Source of the DNA: Phoronis australis
Taxonomy: Eukaryota; Animalia; Phoronida
Assembly (NCBI GenBank): GCA_002633005.1
Contig: NMRA01000803.1
Span: forward strand, 41,054-105,053
Direction of reading: 5' to 3'
Length of the DNA stretch: 64,000 bases
The notes under the pieces were generated by a model that was not told the DNA's origin, did no database searches, and saw only the letters and a program-made list of their open reading frames with translations. Both the position numbers and the translations under genes were made by a program. Shown one piece after another: positions 12,172-23,300 of the stretch (its first letter is position 1; each line of letters begins with the position of its first letter).

Positions 12172-12991
12172 AGAATATGTTCAAGTCTTAGGACGGTTGT
12201 TGTTTATTTAAGTGTCTGGAAACATGAAAACAACTACCGGTATATACACTTTGTTTGGTTGGTTTAATCTGCATTCTGAGGCATAGGGGCTTCTTCTTGT
12301 GATCATAAATTAATTTGATATTTTGTTACCAAGGTACATCCATCTGAAAAGGCTCCACTGAACTAAATGTTCGCAACAGTTGACTCTGGTTTCATTTCGG
12401 AAGGTATTCTTTCACAGATCTGATAAATGCGACTCGTACAAGAGTATCCAAAATTGAACTGAGGTCTATATTACCCATCACAAAACAAATAGTGTCTTGT
12501 GCCTTTAATGAAAATGAGGCAAAAATAACACTTTAATTCATGCACTTGGTCATTCAGACTAGTTGCATTTCAACTTCCTCGCTGTGGCAAAATCTCGTTC
12601 CTGAGGGATCTGACATATGCAAGTTGAAACTCATTTTGGACCGAATTAGATCTGGTTAGATAGTTTAACAAATTTACACAGCCATTTTGATTAAGCCTTG
12701 TGCAGCAATCAGGTTTACGTAATTCAAAATCGCCAACTTCAAACCAGAGTAAGTGAAGGTTGCAGCAATGATTCCAGCAGGATGGCCACTCAAACAACTT
12801 GTACAGCTTGATCCATAGCAAATCACTACAGTAAAAAATCTCTAAACATATATGCTATCAAGATGCTGTGTATGACTTTGACATTATTTGTTGGCATATG
12901 GTGCTATAAATTAAAATTCAAGTGAATGTAAACACTGTTAGTTTTACTCATCGGACGTTACTCAACAATGTAGTCTAAGTATATTCATATG

Positions 12992-13150
12992 CCGGGGCGG
13001 ATCCAGGATTTTTTTAAAAGGGGGGTTGGATCAAGAACTTTTTAAAAAGGGGGTCCAAGTCAACAATTAGGTAAATTCTAAGTTTTATACACTGAAATCA
13101 AGGGAAAAGGAGGCAGTCTAGATCCCTTTGACCCCCTGGATCCACCTATG
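12992..13150. mobile_element. Short MITE of the GGCGGATCC-TIR family, 6-bp TSD
   Basis: ccggggcggatccagg...ctggatccacctatg flanked by catatg/catatg. Confidence 0.65.
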
Positions 13151-13704
13151 CATATGGGTTCAGCAACAAACAAGACCAAAGAAATTAGCAACATTTCAGG
13201 AGTGGTACATTTAGACATATACTGGATAACACATTCTCACTAGATCTCATTTTTTACTGAAACTTTGACAGACAAGTCTTCGTTCCAAATCAGAACAAAT
13301 CCGAAAATTAATAATTATACGTTTTCTTCAAGTTGCACCAACCACAGAAACATGAGCACCGTTGCCGTCGCCCAGCATTCCATCTTATGGTTTCAAATAT
13401 TGCAACAAAAATGTCCAAAAATATCTCACTGGCGCATTTTAATCCTGTAGCATTATCAAAATGCTTTAAGAGTGCATCTGAGATACGCACTCACCAAGCT
13501 CCTTCAATATTTCAAGGTTCTGGTAGTGAGTTCATGTTTCGTACTGAAGCGTTAACTGTTTTAGCAACGAGACATGCAGACATTTTGCAGATACTAAAGG
13601 TTCGCTGTTTAGCTGAAACGACAGCAACTTAATGAGTTGACACAACGCTAGATCCTCCTCGGTGTGTCACGTGCCCTAATGAACCACACACAATCGCACA
13701 ACTC

Positions 13705-16700
13705 TCATTGCTGTTCCTCATTTAAACCCCACTCCTCTTCCAGATGACTCGTGTCCGCATCAGGAAACCTCTCCTTCAACTTACGCAACTTATTCTTGAG
13801 ATGAATTCGTCGCCTCCGTGCTTTCCTCAGTTTTTGTTCCTGCTGAAGAATCAAATACTTTTCCGTCCATGGACCGAGCAGTCTCTTTTTCAAATGATAT
13901 GTTCTCGACACATACTCGGGGAATGGATACTCCACCGTTCGTCGCGTCACACTCTCGCCCAGAATGTTCACGTCTTTTCTCATCTCAGGCTCTCCCGTGC
14001 GACCCGTTTCTAACACGTGAAATGCGCGATTCCTCTCAGCAACCACCTCCATTAAATTATCCATACTTTCTTCAACCTGTGGGGTGGGAAGCATGAATTT
14101 AAAGAAGTAGTATGCCCAAACAGAATAAAGTCAAACGTTACACATCTAGTAATAACCAGAGGACAACTAATCCAGTGGTGGGACTCTGAACTGACGGTGG
14201 CACACGGATACTAGCCACGCTAATCATAACCTTGTAGTTATTTCGAACCTGGTAACCAAGACTACCGCCATTACCTTGGTCTCTTTCTTTTCTCTGCAGG
14301 CACTTTGCGGTTTATGAGGGAATTTCTCTAAATTGTCAAAACACTAAATTTTCAAAAGGATGTGAAGTAAGATGTTGCAATAAACTGACTCTAAATTTTA
14401 TTAAATTTAACCACAGATCATACACAACAGATTCGCAGGTCCGACATTATCATATGGAATTCCCAGAAGAGGTGTCACTTTCCAGTTATTGAGCAGATGT
14501 AAAACCATGACTCTCACCAGACATCACTAGTGAATAATGACTTCGCGATCAATGGTGTTGGCTATGGCTTATGCATATGATCACAGATTTTGTCCACTGA
14601 GAATACAGAGTTGGCAGTACAAGTACTTTAGTCTATGATTTAACCAACAACTCAGGGCTTGGAATGACTAATGATAAAAAAAGAAAATTTTCCATGTGAT
14701 GTATCGTTTCACAAATAAATAGGCTTGGGTGATAGAAAAATTTTTGTGCGGAAAAATTTAAGTGGACTAGACGTTTTTGCATGAATAAAATTAAGTCAAA
14801 ATAATGATAAAAAGACAAAAAGAAAGTAAACTGAAAATCAAATACGAGGAAATTGAAATCAAAAAAGAGGAAATCTTCTTAAAAGAGGAAAATTCCAAGA
14901 CCTGATTACAAAATGGCATACACAACATATTTTCAGTGAATACAACCTTTCCTATCTCGTCCTGATGTGTCCACAATAATAGGAATTGTCGCCAACAGAA
15001 GGTCTATGATAAAAGGGTCAGTTAAGAGGCCTACCTTTTCCAACCTTTCAGGATTGGGAAAGAGTTCCAACTGCCGTTTATATTCCTGTTGCATCGTTAA
15101 CAGCATATTCATCTCTTTCAGTAAAACATACCTGTAATTAACCACTGATTAAATGTACATGAATCGATATCAGATAAAAATGTCCACCACCACTAGCCTA
15201 CATGTAGTTGCACTAGGTGTTCCTTTTTGCAGGACTGGTATGAATCATTGCCAAAGTTGGCTACTACTTCTGTGGCGGACTTACTCACAGTGAGCAAACA
15301 ATCGATCTATAACACTTTTCAGGGACACCTCTTGACAATATCACTGACGGAATTGTCTTGTCCATTCCAAAGTGCTAAGTTATCTCTTCTTTAAAACTGT
15401 GTCATGTAAATAGTATAAAGGCTTTCGTTTTTCTTTCATAATTAAAATATGACTTGTGTTAAGCAGAATACGTAATGTGAATTCATCATTTCATCACATT
15501 CGTGTGAACCAGAGAATTAACCATCACGTTATCAGCAATGAAATGTGCAGTACCGACAGTTCCCAGTGGGGAACATTGGCCGATCTTCACACCGATATGC
15601 TTTCTAGAGTCTGCAAGAAATCGCTCGATAGCGGTATTTGGTATTTGCAGGTTTTCATAGATGTAATTCTAAAACAAAACAGTGTTGCTCAAAATAGTTG
15701 TGCCACACCTGAACTTGGGGTCTAATCTTTGTTCTCAAAATGAAACTCAAACAATATTTTTGATCCATTCTGTTCTATTATTGGGAGAACTGAGGTATTC
15801 AATTATTCAGTGCTAGTTAGAGTACATTCTGGTTTAGATGGACTGCTGCCTATATCTAGTTTGCATTTGGATGAACCCTAAGTTTAAGCTAAAAACCTGA
15901 GTTCTGGTGTAAAAACTTTAATTTCTAGTTCGGATTCAAACTTTTACCTTAAATGCTGGTGTCATTAAAAGCAAACTAGGGTTAGACAGCCCGATTTCGA
16001 ATACAAAGATTATGCCCTGGGCCCTTGATAAGGGGGAGTACGGAATTTAAAATCCACACCTTATTACTGTCAAATGCATGTTATATGTTATTCGTTCACA
16101 GGCGATGACTTCCTGTGAAAAATGAGGAATGATGCAAAAACTACAAACCAGTTGGTTCCTTCTCAGTGGTTTTAGTGCCCTTCTCTTCTACGGACATAAC
16201 ATCACTTGAAAGTTTTGTGGTAACAGGGACAGGAAAGGCCTGGGCAACCTTTAGTCCATTAGTTTTACAAAACGAGCCTGTTCTAACACAAGTCAAAGCT
16301 GATTTCAAAGCTTTAACTTCCCGAATCAGTAAATGTGGTTTGTTTCCATTGTAAAAATGATGAAAAAAATCATACTTTTAGTCTGTGGTGCGGTCCAAAA
16401 CGGCAGCTATATACAATCATTATCACACTGCCTTGTACATTTTTGGCTCAGAATCGTTCACAGACTGTGCTATCTGATTTTACATCAGCAACCAAGCTCG
16501 CTTATGGCTTCAATAACACACGCTTTGTTTAATTAGCTACAGTTCCAGCTAATTTTAGTGTCTCCAATGGTAAATGGTTTCAGATCCCCCTTCATTATGG
16601 ATGAGACTGGGAATTTTTTGAAGGATGGTCGCATAGAGACTTTCAGCTCAACACCAAAAGAGACACTCTGTGAATCTCACATTGTAATATGGCTAACAAA

Positions 16701-19700
16701 TTAACGTGACAAACTTCATAAAGATTCCAGGAAAGTCTCACCATAATTTGTGAAGGTCACTATTACTTTTGATACGCAACTCTTCCTTCTTCCAAGGACG
16801 GCCTGAAAGACAATAAATACATAATTATTAGGTTACTCTATTTAGATCAAAGTGAATCTTAAAATCTGAACCAATGATCGTGAAAACTTAACAATCTTAC
16901 TCTCCTTCCTTCGTTTTACTTTGCAACCTTCCCAGGTTGTAGAATAACCAGGTACACAGTGTCAGAATAAATATTGATTAAGTAATTAGTAAGAATAGAT
17001 CCATTTTAAGTTGCCCAAAATTTGTGCATATGTACTTTTAAATCATGGGGTCAGACTTGTTGACATGTATTTTAACGTCAAAATCTATTTTTAGATGGTG
17101 TTTACAACTTTGGGTTCTGGGGTCAAAGTACTTTAGAGATTCTAGAATATTCTGAGAACAAATTGTAACAGCCAATAATACGAGTGGATATGATCATGTG
17201 GTTTTTATTAGCCAATCACTAAATAAGTAGAATGTTATATTATGGGCTGAAATCAGCAAGATAATTAGATGCGCTAAAGTAGTTGAAGCATAAAGACTTG
17301 CTACAGTGTACAGAAGCAGTTGTACGACAGAGCCATCTCGTGGAAGATTCTAGAAAGGATCTTGGCAAGGGCAAGGGTTAACGAACCGGAAGTTAACTAA
17401 GAGCTTGTCACTTGCATTGTGGGTAGTAAGATACTACCTGAAGTGTTGCGTCATCAGCCAGAGACTGTGACCAGCAAGAAGAGTCGCGGGTAGAAGAAAT
17501 TGCCTGCAAGTGTTGCATCACCAGAGACGGTGACCAGCAAGTACACTGTCGCTATACAGTGTGTGTAGTTCGAAGATTCACCAACAGGACAGACATCCAA
17601 CAAGTGGAGAGTCCTAGCTTGGATAGCAGATAAGACATTTGATCGTTTGGTTGTTTGATTAAAGTAATCTTTAAAGAGGGCGCTAGCGTAGTTTCTCTTT
17701 GTAGTTGATTACTTAATTAACAATAGGTTTCATTTGTCTAATTAGGGGTTATCATATAATAAAATAATTACTGGATTTGATTATTCACTCTCCATCTACG
17801 CACAACTTCAAAGCATAGCTACCTTTTAAACAAACCCACACAGACAATCGTCTGACACACAGTAACACACGAATAAATTATCAAAAAATATTTTAGAAAA
17901 ATGTTTTCATGCACAGGCAATGTAATGGCCCAACATTCTCATGAGATTGATTATTCGTCATTATACATTTGGCCAAGTCATAGGTTATAACTAAGTGCCC
18001 TTTTCTTGGCAATTTTGCGTAAATCTGGTCTAACTTTTGGACATTACCACACTTAATAGTATCTTCACTCCATAGCGTTTTGTCCTCAAAGAATTCCATC
18101 AGGTCTTGATTACAGCATGAGGTGTGAAAATTACATGACGATGGGGCAGAGGCAGCAATCCAGGTCCTTGAACTGAAACGACAACCACACTAATCAGGCA
18201 GCAATCCAGGTCCTTGAACTGAAATGACAACCACAGTAATCAGAGGCAGCAATCCAGGTCCTTGAACTGAAACGACAACCACAGTAATGAGACACAGCAA
18301 TCCATCAGTGAATTTGTTAGTCATTGGAACATGTGGGATAGTGGAAATTTGTAACACAGCCCTGCCATCTATTAGACAAGTGAGAAATTTCCATCACTGC
18401 AAGCTTCTTTATTTCTTAAAGGCCAAAGCAGGAAGACCTCCACAAAACCTTAAAGTCTCGATAATCTGAAAATAAGAAGCAAAAATGGCCTTGTGAGATA
18501 AAAACTTCAAGATCAAGAGAGTGCAACAGAACTTATTGACTACTCGATAAAGTTAGAAGACCTTTTGGGAGAACAAGGTGTATACCTCAAACATTCCTGT
18601 TGACGCTCATGCTCATGTAAGTGCCTACCCCTGCTTCTGAAAACTTAGATCAAACGCCCACTGCTCAAGCCAACGCCCGCTAAATAAATTTTAAAAACAG
18701 GAAGACAAATGCAGAAACCGAATCAAATTCGAGTCGTAGTATACGGTAGTTTTCAGTCATAGCAGGGGACATTACATTCTATTGGCATCTTTTGTGGTGC
18801 ATTAAAATAGCCAAGTAGTCGAAATTGACATTTACGAAGACTGCAGATAGCTACAGATTCATTCTAAGCTACAATTTTATGTTTCAAAAGAATTTGTCTT
18901 TTTCCATTGCTTAAAGTGCAAAACTCCAACTTTGTTTACCTCTGAAGATGACGTGACATTAGAGACATATATGATGGATTAACAAGTCATTTCATGGCTG
19001 ACCTATTTTTCCATGTATTGCACGTATTCGACACTAAAGAACCAAAGTTAACTGTTTGGTAATGGAAATCCACTTGAAGTCCAAGTATCGACTGGTTTAA
19101 TTTACGTAAAATTACTTATTGAAAACATAAACAACATGAGTGACAACATTTCCTTGCTCGTTCCAGCGCATCGATCTGTAATCCGGCAAGGCTGTTACAC
19201 CCCAAACGGATGCCTGCACCAAACTGATTTGGTACACTTTAATTTGGTGCAGCTTGGTGAGCCAAATTGATGCCTGTGCCAAACTGACGCTAACTGTAAG
19301 TTCCCAAATTACTGCCAGTGGTTTATGTTTTCTTAACAGTTATCAGAACGGAAATTGATGACAACGAGTGGTGCGTAATAGTTTCCCAGGATACTTACCC
19401 CATGTGATTAATCCATATGACTTCGATACACGATCACTCAATGTCGTCAGGTTCGATTTTGATAACCATTAAAAACCCATAAACCACTGCCAGTAATTTG
19501 CAACTCACGGTAGCTTCAGTTTGGCACAGGCATCAGTTTGGGATGCAACAGCGGCACACAAGGCCTGGTGGGAGTTTATTGACAGGGCTCTACATCAAAA
19601 ATTGCCGAAAAGAAAAATGTTCCACAGACACTAGAATCTGTCTACCATCAACATTGCAACCTCTGGCTCTGGCGCTGCATCACAAAATGTTAGTAACACT

Positions 19701-20088
19701 TAACCGTGGCGAAAACCCAGTGTTTTCTAAATCTCGACTGGAATTACAAAATCCATTTGATACGTTCAAAATATGTATTCCGAGTTCAAGCATACGCTAT
19801 CTTGAGATTCAGCACGACTCCAAGTCTCCAAGTTCACGCAAGTCAATTACTGACTAAGCCTAACTCCCTCAGCCTACGCCGGGAAAACAGGTAAAAACTG
19901 AGACGGATAAGACGATAAAAATAATTGTGAAATAAAACACCTTCAGTGGATTGCTTCAGTGCAATGATATATGTGTAAAAACCATACCAAGACAAGGGAC
20001 GGAGTGTCATTGCGCTGAATTTCTTAACCACTGACGGCAACATATTTCTTAAAAATCCAGAGAATTTCGAAGACATGGAGGCTGCCAT
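13705..20088 (-). CDS. MRPL47: Mitochondrial ribosomal protein L47 (uL29m), 5 exons, 251 aa
   Basis: Minus-strand exons: 20088-19988 (mitochondrial presequence [18 protein letters not shown]...), 18172-18048 (...[28 protein letters not shown]), 16802-16742 ([20 protein letters not shown]), 15131-15035 ([32 protein letters not shown]) and 14076-13705 ([29 protein letters not shown]...). Total 756 nt, in frame, all GT-AG. Confidence 0.93.
14653..14904. mobile_element. Degenerate short relative of the CAGGGCTTGGAA MITE family
   Basis: cagggcttggaatgactaatga at the left and ttccaagacctg at the right. Interior differs and no clear TSD. Confidence 0.5.
17058..17842 (+). mobile_element. Possible solo LTR in an MRPL47 intron
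   Basis: TG...CA-bounded block with internal direct repeats (aagtgttgc...gtgaccagcaag twice), CCAAT motifs and AATAAA near the 3' end. Boundaries and TSD uncertain. Confidence 0.3.
18151..18302. repeat. Three tandem 46-48 bp units spanning the MRPL47 exon 2 acceptor
   Basis: ggcagcaatccaggtccttgaactgaaa(c/t)gacaaccaca units start at 18151, 18197 and 18245. Confidence 0.9.
19191..19552. mobile_element. Fold-back (long-TIR) non-autonomous DNA element
   Basis: Left arm gctgttacaccccaaac...ccaaactga...aaattactgccagtggtttatg mirrors right arm cataaaccactgccagtaatttg...tcagtttgg...gatgcaacagc. Confidence 0.6.
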
Positions 20089-20333
20089 TTTCTCTTATTT
20101 AGGTCACGAGAAGTTGCGAGAAAAGTATAATTTAAATGCTCGAATTGTTATAAATTAATGTAAAAAATCGATTCTGCATAAACACAGCATCTTTTTTACA
20201 TGTAAATGTGTTTCTTGAATGCAATAGTTCCAAGAATCATTAGCATATTTTATTCATAAATGTTTTTTGGAGCACAAGCTTTGAGGCTATTAAAGGAGAT
20301 TTCATTTCACATGTGTTCAGCCATATTTCGAAC
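20089..20333. promoter_or_regulatory. Bidirectional promoter between MRPL47 and PHB2
   Basis: Only 245 bp separate the two divergent start codons. Contains a DRE-like ATCGAT motif at ~20167. Confidence 0.7.
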
Positions 20334-23300
20334 ATGGACGGTAAAAAGATTCAAGATTTAGCTGGCCGTGTGGCTAAAGGTGGAAAGGGTGCAGGAGCCG
20401 GAGTTGGTTTTCTGGCTGCAGCGGCCGGTATTGGCTATGGGATTATGCAGTCAATGTACACAGGTAAAGTTACGTGACCGTTGTCACCGGCTCGGATTTT
20501 GTTAGAAATCCAGGTCCAGGACGATTTCATTTTGCTTTGCGTCATTTTGCATGAAACTGAATTGCATAAGCCATCAATTTCGGTTTTTAAAAAGGTTCAA
20601 CTTTTGGTAACTGCTAAGCGATTGAGTAAAGATTTTATTATTGTTTCGTGAGTGGGCCACCACCTTTACCTAGTTGGTCAACTAAGTCCAACACCAAGGC
20701 AGGGCAAGGCTGCTTCATTTTTGATTTTTTCCAACCACATGCGTCCTTAGGCCTAGCTTCTTATCGTCCCCTAGGCAATGATCATCGCCTCTGTTGGCCT
20801 GAACCAGAGGCGATGCAGAGGCTATAGGCGCTCTGTACGCTGGAAGCTTTTCGGCGAATTATGCCTTGCACCGACTAATCACTAAACCATCAAAGCCACG
20901 TTGTTATAAATACCTTTTGCCGCTTGCGCATAGAGGAACACCTTAGGAGGTTGTCGATGTGTTTAATTCCTTCCAACTCGAACAAATACTCCCGTTATGA
21001 AACTATTTCTTCGAGCAGTCCCTATTTCAGTTCCCAAAATCGTGAAATCAACATTTTCATTTTTTTAACCAGGCCGAAGGTCAGAAGTTGCGTACCTTTG
21101 AAAGCTGAAGTTCCCGCCCTTCACGTACGTGCTGCCGGGAACCAGCCGTGCATTTGCCGTGTTGTTAAACATTAAAATTTCAAATATGTGCACAAAGACT
21201 ATTAAATGTCATATCAACAGCATTTATTTTTATCAAATACAAACAATAATTCATTGAAATACAATCAGTTTCAAGTAACGCCAATTAAAGACAAGTATAA
21301 GTGGTGGCATTTTTGAAACGAACATTTGACTGACAAGACCGCAATGGCTCACCTTTGGCCTATTTAAAGATTGAGGTCATGAAGTCATATCACCTAGCGA
21401 GCGCGGTAAAAATTGGAGCGTGCGCAGTATAAAAATGGTGAGTTCACGATTTTGGGAACTGAAATAGGGACTGCTCGAAGAAAAAGTTTGATAATGGGAG
21501 TATTTGTTCGAGTTGGAAGGAATTAAACACATCGACAACCTCCTCAGGTGTTCCTCTATGCGCAAAAGGTATTTATAACAACGTGACTTTGATGGTTTAG
21601 TCGGTGCGAGGCATAATTCGCCGAAAAGCTTCCGGCGTACAGAGCGCCTATAGCCTCTGCATCGCCTCTGGTTCGGGCCAACAGAGGCGATGGTCATTGC
21701 CTAATCGTCCCCAAGACAGTGTATATAGGAGCTTCATATGCCGGAAGAATTTTGACGAATTATGCCTCACACTGATTAAAACATCAAAGTCACGTTGTTA
21801 TAAATATAAGAACCATTTGTGCATAGAGGGACACCTTAACTTTAAGCTCATGAGGCCGTCGATGTCTTTATTTCCTTCCAATCCAGCTCCAGCAAATTCC
21901 CTTAATCAAACTTTTTTTAGCAGTCTGTCCTTCAAGTGCCTAAATCAGCAGCTGGTAATTAAATACACTGATGGCCTCCTAAGCCAAGGTGCCCCTTTCT
22001 GCGCCGAAGTATCTATAATGTTTCAAAGAGGCCTAGAATGCGTTTTTAATCGGACTAAATTACAATATTGAAAGTGGTTCCCTGCCACTGAAACAGAATT
22101 CAACCTGCTCACGGGGTATTTTTAGGTTTGTTCGTAAAGATTTTTAATTTCTGTTCATGTAAAATCATTTTCTTATAGTTTTAAATTTCAAAAAACGGTG
22201 TTGAACTGCTCAACATTTCATCAATTTTCTCCCACAAGGCAAAGCAGATAGATGTAGCAAATTTCCCTTATGTGGAAAATGTGTGACCTTTGACCTCAAG
22301 TGACTTCAAGCAACTCACTGTGAGTGCATGCACAAATTTATCATAAAGGGACCTTTATACGTATTTCAAAAATCATGAATTTTGTGATTTTTTCTGGAAA
22401 TTCCCTCCTGGTGGAAAGTGAATTCTGTACTAGACGTTGCAAGATGGTACTTTTGTCAGGAATTTAAAAGATATTTTTGACGAGCTTTCACGTTTCATGC
22501 CTATTTAATCAGTGCAACTCGTAATTCACACAAAAGCTTTTGGCACCTATAGGTGCTTCACCATCCTGAAGTCTAGTCGAGACGATTGCAAGTGCTGTCT
22601 ACCCTCAATATAGACAGTGCCACCAGTGATGCTCTCATAGGGCCATCGTACGTCAGAAGCTTTTCACCGAATTATGCCTCACACTGATTAAACTGTCAAA
22701 GTTATGTTGCTGTAAGTAGATTTTGTGTGGAACACATTAGGAGGTCGTTGATGTCTTTAGAGCAAAAGGTACTTATAGCAACATGACTTTGATGGTGTAA
22801 TCAGTATGAGCCATAATTTGCCAAAAAGCTTCCGGTGTATGAAGGTCCTATGGGAGCATCACCATCTCTACTCCTGACGAGAGACGGTGGCACTTTCTAA
22901 CCTCCAACTAGACTAGACTATTCCACTGTCTCAACCGGCTGCAGTAGAGACGGTAGTCATCCCATAGGCCCTCCATACTCTGTAAGCTTTTCGGTGAATT
23001 ATGCTTCCGCGATGTAATGTTTCAATATGTACTTTTTGCACGTAGAGGGACACCCTAGGAGGCCTTTGGTGTCTTTAGCTCTTCCCAACTCAAACAAATA
23101 GTCCCACAATTAAATAGTCCTTTTGTTTAGTTGCCCAAATCGGTAACTGGCCATTTTTACACTGCTCGTGCCAGGGGATATGACGACCATACATCACATC
23201 AGTGGCTTTTCTTCTTCAATCTAATGTGAAGTTGCTGGTCCAATAACTGAATTGGTTACGAGGATAGTTTTTTCTTTGCAGTTGAGGGCGGTCATAGAGC

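Noticed and set aside
16143-16352. ~68-codon open frame on the minus strand within an MRPL47 intron
   Set aside because: No start codon or AG acceptor, no recognisable homology, and MRPL47 is complete without it.
18151-18302. CRISPR-like repeats
   Set aside because: Contiguous tandem units without unique spacers, overlapping an exon boundary.
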